Source of the DNA: an uncultured bacterium
Lineage (GTDB): Bacteria; Gemmatimonadota; Gemmatimonadetes; Gemmatimonadales; Gemmatimonadaceae
NCBI GenBank assembly: GCA_963978095.1
Contig: CAXBQP010000041.1
Location: 1 to 27,768, forward strand
Length of the DNA: 27,768 nt
Direction of reading: 5' to 3'
Part shown: one piece after another, positions 8,853 through 17,548 of the stretch
Layout: the number at the start of each line of letters is the position of its first letter
Position numbering within the stretch: the stretch's first letter is position 1
Made by a program: the position numbers and the translations under genes
The notes under the pieces: model-generated
Seen by the model: only the letters and a program-made list of their open reading frames with translations
Databases searched by the model: none
What the model was told of the DNA's origin: nothing

Positions 8853-9892
8853 CAGCGTGAGGTCGGCGAATCGTCCATGCGGATGATGCGCGTCATGCTG
8901 AGCGGGTGAAGGCGTGCATACGGAACGCCGGCGGGATCGAGCAGTTGCAACCGCCTCCAGAAATCATGAGGCGACGCGGCGCGCCCGGTTCGCAGGAGCA
9001 GCTGCCGCGTCAGATCATCGGCCCGCTGCTCATCGGCTTCACTCGCCGGGGATTGAGGGCGCGCGCCCTTCATGCGCAGCCACGGATCATCAGTCGCCAA
9101 CGCGACAGCGGACGTTGCAAGGTCGACTGAAGCATCGACCAGCTGCCGCCGACCACTGCGCTCCGCACTGCCAAGAATCACGGCGTGCGCGATCTCGTGC
9201 GCGAGAACAACGGCCAGATCGTCATCCGCGTGCGCGTACGCGAGCATGCCGGTCGTCACGGCGACGGTGCGCCCATCACTCCATGCGTTCGGGGCGTCGT
9301 CGCGCCAAGACATGAAGGTGAGCGCGCAACTGCTGTCGAGGGGAACCGTATGGGACGTCTCGCGGCCATCCCGACGCACGACGACCGTCACATGCGGTGC
9401 GCCCGCGCCGGCCGCGGTCGCCACGCGCGCACGCATGGCCTCCACGATCCGCGAACCCGGCGTCGCCGGCACACCATCGATCGACACGACACGATCCGCC
9501 GCGCGCACGCCGGCGCGATCGGCCCCACTGCCCTTCGCGACGGACACCACCTGCACGGTGTCGGTGAACGCAAGCGTCGTAGCCGATGCCTGCCACGGCC
9601 TCGTGAAAGTGGCCACGTTCGCCAGGCGGAATCCGGCGCGACGCGTACGCGCCGTGCACTGCGGAACCGCCGCCCGAAGCAACGAGACGCCGACGTCATC
9701 CAAACGCGCGTCGTCCGCCAGCTGTTGCTGCAGCAACCCGACGGACGGTGGATCTGCGGCGCCCGACAGATCAGGTGCGATCCCCCTCGGCTTCAGTCCG
9801 GGGAGGGTGCATGCCGCGCCCAGCACGACGACGGCAAGGACCAGGGCGCGTACGTGAACCCGTCCCGACATGAACAGCTCCTGCGGACTCAT
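8852..9892 (-). CDS. PDZ-domain M48 family zinc metalloprotease, putative lipoprotein
   Basis: Lipobox-like LGAAC, PDZ segment (VAKGSGADRAGVRAADRVVSIDG), PNAW, HEIAH zinc motif, EQRAD and HP...R. Start at ATG 9892 (ATGA overlap with the EVE stop; alt 9871), not 10060. Confidence 0.8.
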   Translation of the reverse strand: MSPQELFMSGRVHVRALVLAVVVLGAACTLPGLKPRGIAPDLSGAADPPSVGLLQQQLADDARLDDVGVSLLRAAVPQCTARTRRAGFRLANVATFTRPWQASATTLAFTDTVQVVSVAKGSGADRAGVRAADRVVSIDGVPATPGSRIVEAMRARVATAAGAGAPHVTVVVRRDGRETSHTVPLDSSCALTFMSWRDDAPNAWSDGRTVAVTTGMLAYAHADDDLAVVLAHEIAHAVILGSAERSGRRQLVDASVDLATSAVALATDDPWLRMKGARPQSPASEADEQRADDLTRQLLLRTGRAASPHDFWRRLQLLDPAGVPYARLHPLSMTRIIRMDDSPTSR

Positions 9893-10431
9893 TCCGCCAT
9901 CTTCAGGATCGTCTTCCACTCTGCCGTGGTCACCGGAATCACCGACAGTCGGCCGGTGCGGATCAACGCCATCTCGGACAACGACGCCGTGGTTTTGATG
10001 GCCGCGAGTGTGACCGGCCGTGTGAGCCGTCGCACCGCCTTGAGGTCGACCATGAACCACGTTGGCGCGGCGGGGTCTGATTGCTCGTCGAAGTGGTCGT
10101 GCCGCGGGTCGAGCGCGGTGTGGTCGGGATACCCTTCCTTCACGACCTCACAGACGCCGACGATCGCCTGCGGGGTGGCGTTGGAGTGATACCAGAAGAC
10201 CTGGTCGCCCTTCTTCATGCCGTCGCGCAGGAAGTTGCGCGCCGAGAAATTCCGCACGCCGTCCCAGCAGGTGGTCTGCTTCGGGGCCTTGAGCAGTTGG
10301 TCGAACGAGAACACCTCCGGCTCGCTCTTCACCAGCCAGTAGCGCGTCTCACCGGGCTTTCGCACGAACCACTCGGCCCACGCACCATCCTGGTGCGGGG
10401 CCGAGCTCGCGGTCTGCTTCTTCGCTGCCAC
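9889..10431 (-). CDS. EVE domain protein (THYN1-like, PUA superfamily)
   Basis: YWLVKSEP, WDGVRNFSARNFLRD, GDQVFWYHSN, WFMVD and RLSVIPVT motifs; GTG start. Confidence 0.93.
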   Translation of the reverse strand: MAAKKQTASSAPHQDGAWAEWFVRKPGETRYWLVKSEPEVFSFDQLLKAPKQTTCWDGVRNFSARNFLRDGMKKGDQVFWYHSNATPQAIVGVCEVVKEGYPDHTALDPRHDHFDEQSDPAAPTWFMVDLKAVRRLTRPVTLAAIKTTASLSEMALIRTGRLSVIPVTTAEWKTILKMAE

Positions 10432-10443
10432 AGTGGTGCCCCC

Positions 10444-11736
10444 CTACGCGATCCCCTTCTGGATCGCCTTGAGCACGGCCTCCGAGAAGATGTCGATCTC
10501 GTCGATGCTGGTGTACACGTTGGGTGTGATGCGGATGCCGCTGAACTCGGGGTGCACGATCGGCGTGTTGACGATCCGGTGGTTCGCCATCAGCCAGCCG
10601 CCGAGTTTCACCGGATCGAGTCCGTCGACGTTGAACATGCAGATGGCGCCTGATTTGTCCGGACCCAGCGGGGTGAGGACCTTCACCCGATCGCTGGCGG
10701 CGAGGAGGCGGTTTGCCCACCGGTCCCTCAGGTAGCGCAGGCGCGCGATCTTGCGGTCGGCACCGATGCCGCGGCTGAAGGCCAGCGCCGCGCTCACGGC
10801 ATTGAAGTTGGCCTGCGGATGCGTGCCGATCTCCTCGTACTTCCGGATGTTGGCCGTATTGCCCTCGCCGGAGCCCATCAGCGACCAGAGCTTCGGAATC
10901 TTGTCTTTCCGCACATACAGGAAGCCCGTTCCGATCGGCGCGAGCGTCCATTTGTGCAGCGACGTACCGTAGTAATCGGCCTCGAGATCGTCGCGCTTGA
11001 AGGGGAAGTGGTTGAAGGCATGGGCCCCATCGACGAACACCTCGATGCCCAGTGGTCGCGCCATGCGCACGATGTCGCGCACCGGCATGATCTGCCCGGT
11101 GAGATTCGTGATGTGCGTGACTTCGATGACCTTCGTTCGCGGGGTGATGGCCTTCCGGAACTGTTCGACGATGTACTCGTCCGACGGCGGCGGCACCTTG
11201 AAGGAGATCTGCTTGAGCACGATCCCCTCGCGGCGCTCACGCTGCTGCCAGGAGTTGATCATCCGCCCGTAGTTCTGGTTGGTGATCAGCACCTCGTCGC
11301 CGCGCTTGAGGTCGATGCCGAAGATCATCGTCTCGTTCGCCTCGGAGGCGTTGCGGACCACGGCCATCTCCTCGATGTCGCATCCGAACTCGCGCGCGAG
11401 GTCGCGCCGCGTGCTTTCCATCCGGGGCTCCAACACGCGCCACATGTGCTCCACCGGGAGCTCATTCACGAAGCGCTGGTCGCGGATCAACTGTTCGAGC
11501 ACATGGCTCGGTGTCGGCGAGATGCCGCCGTTGTTCAGATTGATCATCGTGCGGTCGGCGTCGAAGGACTTCTGGATCAGCGCCCAGTACTGCTCGTCTT
11601 CGGCGACGGCCAGTGGCGCGCGGTCACCCGCGATCGCATTGGCCTTGAAGATCTGCCCGAATGCGTTCTCCCGCATGATCGGCAATGCCACGCTGGCGCC
11701 AGCCAGCCCTTTCATGAACGTGCGACGGGTCGTCAT
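10444..11736 (-). CDS. Tat-exported class V aminotransferase-fold PLP enzyme (isopenicillin N epimerase/cysteine lyase-like)
   Basis: Twin-arginine signal MTTRRTFMKG, NLNNGG, DGAHAF, SLHKW (PLP lysine) and EEIGT; GAGGA RBS. Confidence 0.88.
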   Translation of the reverse strand: MTTRRTFMKGLAGASVALPIMRENAFGQIFKANAIAGDRAPLAVAEDEQYWALIQKSFDADRTMINLNNGGISPTPSHVLEQLIRDQRFVNELPVEHMWRVLEPRMESTRRDLAREFGCDIEEMAVVRNASEANETMIFGIDLKRGDEVLITNQNYGRMINSWQQRERREGIVLKQISFKVPPPSDEYIVEQFRKAITPRTKVIEVTHITNLTGQIMPVRDIVRMARPLGIEVFVDGAHAFNHFPFKRDDLEADYYGTSLHKWTLAPIGTGFLYVRKDKIPKLWSLMGSGEGNTANIRKYEEIGTHPQANFNAVSAALAFSRGIGADRKIARLRYLRDRWANRLLAASDRVKVLTPLGPDKSGAICMFNVDGLDPVKLGGWLMANHRIVNTPIVHPEFSGIRITPNVYTSIDEIDIFSEAVLKAIQKGIA

Positions 11737-11743
11737 TGCGTCC

Positions 11744-12895
11744 TCAAGGAATGATGATCAGGCCGTTTTGGCCGCCGAACTCGTCCTTCATCTTCGCCAA
11801 GTTCCCGGGCGAGCGCCACGGGCCATTGTCGATCTTGACCGCCACCCGGTAGCGCCCCGACGTGAGAAAGCGCTCCGCTTCCCATCCGTCGGAGACGCGC
11901 CGCAGCTGGACCGGCTCCCACTCCGAGAAGCTCCCCGCGACGGTCACGAGCGCGCCCTCGGGCGCGGCCACATGGATATACAGGGTGGCGCCGCCCTCTG
12001 CGGGCACCATGCGCACATATGCACTTGCCCCCTCGTCGTCCGGCTCGCGGTCGGTCGCCCAGGTATACCGGACCGCGGCCGTCAGGATTCGTGCATCGGG
12101 AGCGCCGCGGACGGGATCCGCCAGTTGCCGACCGCCGGAGACGGTGACGGCGTACCGCGGGCTCAGCTTCCACGCGAGTGCACCGAACAGCGCGTATTGC
12201 CGGGCGTCGGTACTCCGCACGCCATTCCGCCAGCTCTGCACGGCATCGAGGGTGACGTCCCCCGCGTCGTAATGGAGCGCGATCACGGCATCGTTGATGT
12301 CATACGAAGCGGCGTCGCGATTCAGATAGATCCCCGCGGCCGCAAAGAGCGGCCAGTCGTCGGTGCGCGTTCGTGCAAAGCTCACCGAGCCTTCGAGCGC
12401 GCCGACCCGCCCCCACGCCCCGATATCCAGCCCGGTGGCGTGGCTGACCGACGCATCGCGCACCGAGCTGCCAAAGGCGCTGCCGCCCCAGACCCCACCA
12501 CGCTCGCCCACGCGAACCCGCTGGCGAAGATAGGCGCTGGCGTTCCCACCGCGCCCGATGTTGGTGAGACCGAACGCCGCGCCCGTCGCACCGATCTCTG
12601 AGCTGAAACGGCTTTCTGCCGACGGCCGGACCACCATCGCCGCCACGCTCTGCAGGGCGGCCACGCTGTCGCGCGCCCACGTCGCGCCCGCGGAGAACAG
12701 CGACGCGAACCGGCTTTCGGTGCGTTGCCACGAGAGGTTGAGCAACGCGGCGCTGCGGATGTCGCGACCCAGCTGCTGCAACTCGGCCGCCCCGGCCTCC
12801 ACGCGAAGCTCACGAGGAGACTGTGCTCGTCCCGCCAGTGGCGCGGTGAGCAGCCCCCCCACGAACACCACCCGCGCGGCGAACCGCGGGGTCAT
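11744..12895 (-). CDS. Putative outer-membrane beta-barrel protein with C-terminal CBM48/AMPK-beta glycogen-binding domain
   Basis: Signal peptide (GRA-Q), about 270 aa of alternating amphipathic Gly/aromatic strands ending AAVRYTW, then VTVAGSFSEW...GWEAERFLTSGRYRVAVKIDNGPW...DEFGGQNGLIII. Confidence 0.7.
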   Translation of the reverse strand: MTPRFAARVVFVGGLLTAPLAGRAQSPRELRVEAGAAELQQLGRDIRSAALLNLSWQRTESRFASLFSAGATWARDSVAALQSVAAMVVRPSAESRFSSEIGATGAAFGLTNIGRGGNASAYLRQRVRVGERGGVWGGSAFGSSVRDASVSHATGLDIGAWGRVGALEGSVSFARTRTDDWPLFAAAGIYLNRDAASYDINDAVIALHYDAGDVTLDAVQSWRNGVRSTDARQYALFGALAWKLSPRYAVTVSGGRQLADPVRGAPDARILTAAVRYTWATDREPDDEGASAYVRMVPAEGGATLYIHVAAPEGALVTVAGSFSEWEPVQLRRVSDGWEAERFLTSGRYRVAVKIDNGPWRSPGNLAKMKDEFGGQNGLIIIP

Positions 12896-12904
12896 CGCAA
12901 GGCC

Positions 12905-13555
12905 CTAAGGCCTCGGCGTCGAACGAGGATTCAGCGTCGACACGGCAGAAGGCGGGGGAAGGAGAGACATGATGCCGCGCCCTCGCAGGTCGAGCGCCAT
13001 GGCCGGAGCAAGTCCGGCCTCGACGTCTTCCTGTACGGCGCTGCTGAGTGCCGTAAGTTGCGTTCCCGTCGCCTTCCGCGCCATAAGGTCGAGCACCATC
13101 TTCGACGCCTGATCCGGCGCCACGTTCCGGCCCACCAGCTGCGTCAACACCCCGATCTCCAGCGCCACCGAACGTCCCGGCGCCATCTTGCGCAGCGACC
13201 GGAGCGCGGATTCAGGGACCTTCTGCTGCAGGGCGTCCGCCCCGGCACTGAGTTCATCATCGGTCGGATTCGGCGCCAGTGCCTTCGCCGCCCGATGCCA
13301 GTTCTCCTCCAGCCGAGCCATCGCGGCCTTGATCGAGGACGCACTGGCACGTTTGGCGACGCCCTCCAGCGCCTTGGCCAACAGAGGGCCCGCCGGCACC
13401 CCCCGCGACACGGCACCACCCAACTGCTGCCGAACCGCTTCGCGCGTCGCGTCATCACGGATCAGCGTCAGGCGCGCGTCCTGCTGTGCCCGAGCGGTAT
13501 GGGCCACGGCAACGCTCAGCGCGGCCGCCGCGGCAAATCGACGAAAGACACTCAT
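12905..13555 (-). CDS. Secreted alpha-helical hypothetical protein
   Basis: Signal peptide MSVFRRFAAAAALSVAVAHTARA-QQ; Ala/Leu-rich helical body; ATGA overlap with the upstream gene. Confidence 0.75.
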   Translation of the reverse strand: MSVFRRFAAAAALSVAVAHTARAQQDARLTLIRDDATREAVRQQLGGAVSRGVPAGPLLAKALEGVAKRASASSIKAAMARLEENWHRAAKALAPNPTDDELSAGADALQQKVPESALRSLRKMAPGRSVALEIGVLTQLVGRNVAPDQASKMVLDLMARKATGTQLTALSSAVQEDVEAGLAPAMALDLRGRGIMSLLPPPSAVSTLNPRSTPRP

Positions 13556-14175
13556 GGGGGAGTCACCATCAGTACGGAGGCATCGCCGCCGTAATCCAGA
13601 TCCTTGGCACGCGGGGCGCGGGGGTCAGCCACCAGGGTAGAGCCGTCCACCAGGAAGGCATAGACATGGCGACCCGGCTTGGCGAACACGGTCGCCGTCC
13701 ACGGGCCATCCGTGCCGTAGCGCACCATCGGGGTCTGGGTCTCGTCCCACCCGTTGAAGTCACCAACGACCACCACACGCGATGCCGTCCGCGCCTCGAA
13801 CACCAGCGGCACCGGCACGGCCCGCACCTCCTGCGAGTTGCTGGCAGGGCGTGCAGTACCCGTGGGGATGGCAAACTCCCCAGTGGGCTGCCCTTCCAGC
13901 GTCGCCCGCGCACTCTGGTCCGACCCCGCGTTGCGGAAAGCCCCCCGCGAGAAGAAGCCCAGGACCAGCGCCGCAGCGGCCAACGCGCCCGCCGTCGCCA
14001 CCGAGAGCGAGGGCTGACGCAGCCACTCCACCACAAGCGCCACCCGGTTCGGCCGGCGCGCCGCGTGCGCGCGGACCGCCGCCATCACACGTGCGACCGC
14101 ATGCGCGTCGCTCGGCGGCAGCACCGCCAGCGCCTGCGCGGCCCGTTCGATTGTTTCGTCGCGTTCAAGATCCAT
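13552..14175 (-). CDS. Putative anti-sigma factor: cytoplasmic N-terminus, one TM helix, periplasmic CBM48/AMPK-beta (isoamylase early-set) domain
   Basis: Overlaps the ECF sigma stop; TM segment SVATAGALAAAALVLGFF; C-terminal VVVVGDFNGWD...GPWTATVFAKPGRHVYAFLVDG...ADP...DYGGDASVL. Confidence 0.8.
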   Translation of the reverse strand: MDLERDETIERAAQALAVLPPSDAHAVARVMAAVRAHAARRPNRVALVVEWLRQPSLSVATAGALAAAALVLGFFSRGAFRNAGSDQSARATLEGQPTGEFAIPTGTARPASNSQEVRAVPVPLVFEARTASRVVVVGDFNGWDETQTPMVRYGTDGPWTATVFAKPGRHVYAFLVDGSTLVADPRAPRAKDLDYGGDASVLMVTPP

Positions 14176-14731
14176 TGCGTTGCTCTACCTCGGTCAACCG
14201 TATGCGGAGCGCATCGCACGCCCGCTTCACTCGCATCCGTAACGCCGACAATCCCGCGCCGGTGATCACGGCCATATCCTCGTAACTCAGTTCTTCCACA
14301 TGCCGGAGCAGAAAGGCCTCGCGCTGCTCCGCCGGAAGTGTCTCCAGCGCCAACCGTACTTCTTCGGCCCAGTCAGCGCCGAACACCTCCTCGACCTCGA
14401 CGGGCGATGCCGCCGACGCCACGGCCAGCGGAACCTCCCCGTACTCGATGAACTCCCGATGCCGCTTGGCCCTGCCCAACAGCGTCCGGCATCGATTCGC
14501 CAAGATGCGGAACAGCCACGGATCGAACCGTGCGTCCTCGCGGAACCGGCGGAAGTTGTCGTGGACGCGCACAAACGCATCCTGAACCGCCTCCTCGGCG
14601 TCCTGATCGTTCCCCATCATGTTGCGGGCGAACCGGAGACACCGCGGGTAGTAGAACGCCACGATCTCCAGAAACGCCTGCTCATCGCCACGCCGGGCAC
14701 GACTGGGAACACTTGGATCGATTTCCGTCAC
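14165..14731 (-). CDS. ECF (sigma-70 group 4) RNA polymerase sigma factor
   Basis: Region 2 GDEQAF...DAEEAVQDAFVR...FDPWLFRILANRC; region 4 LPAEQREAFLLRHVEELSYEDMA...MRVKRA; GTG start. Confidence 0.93.
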   Translation of the reverse strand: MTEIDPSVPSRARRGDEQAFLEIVAFYYPRCLRFARNMMGNDQDAEEAVQDAFVRVHDNFRRFREDARFDPWLFRILANRCRTLLGRAKRHREFIEYGEVPLAVASAASPVEVEEVFGADWAEEVRLALETLPAEQREAFLLRHVEELSYEDMAVITGAGLSALRMRVKRACDALRIRLTEVEQRNGS

Positions 14732-14782
14732 AGACTCGCGTGGGTCGGGGAGAAGTCCCGCAGATTATCCCTGCGCTTGGCA

Positions 14783-14808
14783 AACCGCCACCGCCGCCCC
14801 TCGATTCC
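14783..14808 (-). promoter_or_regulatory. Candidate ECF-type (autoregulatory) promoter GGAAT-N18-GTT
   Basis: Minus strand GGAAT (14808-14804), 18 nt spacer, GTT (14785-14783), about 50 nt upstream of the sigma start; preceded by GGAACC and GGAAC. Confidence 0.3.
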
Positions 14809-14917
14809 GTTCCGGTTCCTACACTTCTAATACTCGGCAAGACGGCACGGTGTCACCATATTGTATAGGAGACCCGGGTCCAAGAGTTCCCGCTCACCGG
14901 GCGTCGCCCCCCCCTCC

Positions 14918-16531
14918 ATGACTCTTCCAATGTCCGCGCCTCCTGCCCCCACTCGCCCTGCCATGGCCGGTGCCCCGCCCCGGCCGGTCGAATCGCGTGA
15001 CCCCGCGACCGGTGAGGTCTGGCGGCGGTTCGAGCCGGCGACGCAGAGCGAGGTCGAGGCCGCCGTGGCCCGGGCCCGCCGCGCCCAGCCGGCGTGGGCC
15101 GAGCGCCCGCTGGCGGAACGCATCCGGGTCCTGCGTCGCTTTCACGATGCGTTGTATGATCGCCGGGCAGAGGTCGCACGCGCGCTGACCCGCGAGAATG
15201 GCAAGCCGTTGGCGGAGGCGATCGGGTCGGAGATCGCGATCTCCATGGATTTCGCGAACTACTATGCGGCCGAAGCCCCCGCGTTCCTGAGAGCCCCATG
15301 GAGGATGGCGGGGCAGCTGTCGATGAAACGGAAGCGGATCCGGATCGAACACGAGGCCCATGGGGTGATCGGGGTGGTCTCGCCGTGGAACTATCCCTTC
15401 ATGCTGTCGGCCGGACTGATCCTCCCGGCGCTCGTGACCGGGAACACCGTGTTGCTCAAGCCGTCGGAATTCACCCCCACGTCCGGGGCCCTGCTGGCGG
15501 AACTGTTCGGCGCGGCTGGCGTCCCGAGCGATGTGTTCGCCGTGCTGCAGGGCGATGGCGCGGTGGGGGCCGCGCTCGTGAACGCCGGGGTCGACAAGGT
15601 GTTCTTCACCGGCAGCGTGGCCACGGGTCGGAAAGTCGCCGTTGCCTGTGCCGAACAGCTGATCCCCTGCTCGCTCGAGCTCGGGGGGAGCGATCCGGCG
15701 ATCGTCTTGGCCGATGCCGACGTCGGATACGCCGCGAGCGGGATCGCGTGGGCGCGGTTCAGCAACGCCGGCCAGACCTGTGTCGCGCCCAAGCGGGTGT
15801 ATGTCGAGGCCTCGGCGTACGACGCGTTCGTTTCGGCGCTGTCCACCACGGTGCGCGCGCTGCGCGTGGGCGCGGGGGAGTCGGGCGACACGGAAGTCAC
15901 CGGCGTCATCCGGCCCTCGGCGCAGGCCACGTTGGAGGCGCAGCGGGCGGATGCCGTGGCGCGGGGGGCGACGATCGCCGCCGAATCCCCGTGCCCCACC
16001 GGCACGGGCGGGAGTTTCGTCAGCCCCACGGTGCTGACCAACGTGCCGAGTGATGCGCGGGTGCTGCGCGAGGAGACCTTCGGTCCGTTGCTTCCCGTGG
16101 TGCAGGTCCGGGACGCCGACGAAGCGATCGCCCTGGCGAACGCCAGCGAGTTCGGGCTGTCGGCCAGCATCTGGACACGCGACGCCGCGCGCGGCGCGGC
16201 GCTCGCCCGCCGCATCCAGGCGGGGACGGTGGCGGTGAACGACGCGATCATCGTCGCGGGAATGACGGACGTGCCGCACGGCGGCGTCAAGCACAGCGGC
16301 CACGGACGGGCCCACGGTCGCGCCGGACTCGAGGAGTGTGTGCGCAGCAAGACGACCGTTGTGGACCAGTTCACGGCGTGGCGGCAACCCTGGTGGTTCG
16401 GGTACGGACGCGGCACCAACGCCGGCATCGACGCCTTCGTCCGGTTTTCGCATGGTCGTGGCACCGTCGAACGGCTGCGGGCGATCCCGGGGCTCCTGCG
16501 CTTCCTGTTCAAGCCACAGCGACCGCTCTAG
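14918..16531 (+). CDS. NAD(P)-dependent aldehyde dehydrogenase
   Basis: SPWNYP, LKPSE, FTGS, LELGG (catalytic Glu), NAGQTC (catalytic Cys), EETFGP, GGVKHSG and a C-terminal QPWWFGY. Start uncertain (14918, 14930 or 14963). Confidence 0.93.
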   Translation: MTLPMSAPPAPTRPAMAGAPPRPVESRDPATGEVWRRFEPATQSEVEAAVARARRAQPAWAERPLAERIRVLRRFHDALYDRRAEVARALTRENGKPLAEAIGSEIAISMDFANYYAAEAPAFLRAPWRMAGQLSMKRKRIRIEHEAHGVIGVVSPWNYPFMLSAGLILPALVTGNTVLLKPSEFTPTSGALLAELFGAAGVPSDVFAVLQGDGAVGAALVNAGVDKVFFTGSVATGRKVAVACAEQLIPCSLELGGSDPAIVLADADVGYAASGIAWARFSNAGQTCVAPKRVYVEASAYDAFVSALSTTVRALRVGAGESGDTEVTGVIRPSAQATLEAQRADAVARGATIAAESPCPTGTGGSFVSPTVLTNVPSDARVLREETFGPLLPVVQVRDADEAIALANASEFGLSASIWTRDAARGAALARRIQAGTVAVNDAIIVAGMTDVPHGGVKHSGHGRAHGRAGLEECVRSKTTVVDQFTAWRQPWWFGYGRGTNAGIDAFVRFSHGRGTVERLRAIPGLLRFLFKPQRPL

Positions 16532-16544
16532 GAGACGTGCCGTC

Positions 16545-17135
16545 ATGCAGCTGGTGATCGGGGTGTTCGATGTGTCGCTCGCACTGATTCGCCGCGGGTT
16601 CTTTGCCGTGGCGCTCGCCTTGGCACTCGTGTGCGGAATCGACTGGCTCGTGCGGACGCGGCGGATCAGTCCGTTCAGCGGGCTGGCGCGCTTCATGCGC
16701 ACCACCGTGGACCCGCGCTTTCGACCGATCGAGCGGCAGATCGTGCGCATGGGGGGGCTCCCGAGTAGCGCCCCCTGGTGGACGTTGGTCTTCGTCGTCC
16801 TCGGCGGCGTGGTGGTCATCTCGTTGCTGGAGTTCATGCGGGATCAACTGGCGTACGTCGCGGCCGCCACGGCCGAGGGACCGCGCGGCGCCTATCATGT
16901 CCTCGTGGCGTGGAGCGTCCTGGTGTTGCGGGCCGCGATCGTCGTGCGGGTGCTGAGTTCGTGGATCCGGATCCGCCCCAGTGGATGGCTCCTGCAGTGG
17001 AGTTACCGCCTGACGGAGCCGTTCCTGGCGCCACTGCGGTCCATTGTGCCATCCGTCGGGATGGTGGACCTGACCCCGATGATCGCCTGGTTCGCCCTGA
17101 GCCTGATCGAGGGGCTGTTGCACCGCGCGTGGTGA
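16545..17135 (+). CDS. yggT: YggT family membrane protein (two YGGT repeats)
   Basis: GGAG RBS before ATG 16545; RVLSSWI...YRLTEPFLAPLRSIVPSVGMVDLTPMIA signature. Confidence 0.85.
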   Translation: MQLVIGVFDVSLALIRRGFFAVALALALVCGIDWLVRTRRISPFSGLARFMRTTVDPRFRPIERQIVRMGGLPSSAPWWTLVFVVLGGVVVISLLEFMRDQLAYVAAATAEGPRGAYHVLVAWSVLVLRAAIVVRVLSSWIRIRPSGWLLQWSYRLTEPFLAPLRSIVPSVGMVDLTPMIAWFALSLIEGLLHRAW

Positions 17136-17174
17136 GACGGCGTCGCGTGCCCGTGTCGGGACTCCCGTGAGCGG

Positions 17175-17489
17175 GTGGCGATGCCGGTGATCTTCACGAC
17201 GCGCACCGACGGTGCCGTCCGCTTCGCGGTGCGCGTGCACCCACGGTCCGCACGTGCCTGCGTGGACGGCGAGCACGGCGATGCGGTACGCGTCCGGGTC
17301 CACGCCGCCCCGGTGGACGGCGGGGCGAACGCCGACGTGATCGCCGTGCTCGCCGACGCACTCGAGGTTCCCAAACGCGACGTGCGGATCGTGAGCGGCG
17401 ATACCGCGCGGCAGAAACTCCTGGAGGTCGTGGGACTTTCCGCCGAGATCGTGCGGGCGCGGCTGTTGCCCACGACGCCCATCGGGTGA
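17175..17489 (+). CDS. yggU: DUF167 (YggU/UPF0235) family protein
   Basis: VRVHPRS, RVHAAPVDGGANADVIAVLADAL and IVSGDTARQK; follows yggT. Alternative start ATG 17181. Confidence 0.88.
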   Translation: MAMPVIFTTRTDGAVRFAVRVHPRSARACVDGEHGDAVRVRVHAAPVDGGANADVIAVLADALEVPKRDVRIVSGDTARQKLLEVVGLSAEIVRARLLPTTPIG

Positions 17490-17490
17490 G

Positions 17491-17529
17491 TCGTACGGGG
17501 CGGGACGACCGGTGCCCTGCCCCGCACGA
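17491..17529. terminator. Imperfect 14-bp GC-rich hairpin between convergent genes (possible terminator)
   Basis: TCGTACGGGGCGGG (17491-17504) and CCTGCCCCGCACGA (17516-17529); no U-tract. Confidence 0.35.
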
Positions 17530-17548
17530 ACCCGCCGCCGTCACGGCG

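Noticed and set aside
9893..10060. Upstream extension of the M48 ORF
   Set aside because: Lies inside the EVE gene in another frame; the signal peptide and ATGA coupling point to 9892.
9889..10431. EVE protein as part of a modification-dependent defence system
   Set aside because: Stand-alone THYN1-like EVE with no nuclease, toxin or ATPase neighbour.
14894..16837. Long antisense ORFs over ALDH (and similarly 2929-4485, 465-1592 and 25895-27163)
   Set aside because: Typical high-GC shadow frames opposite well-supported genes.
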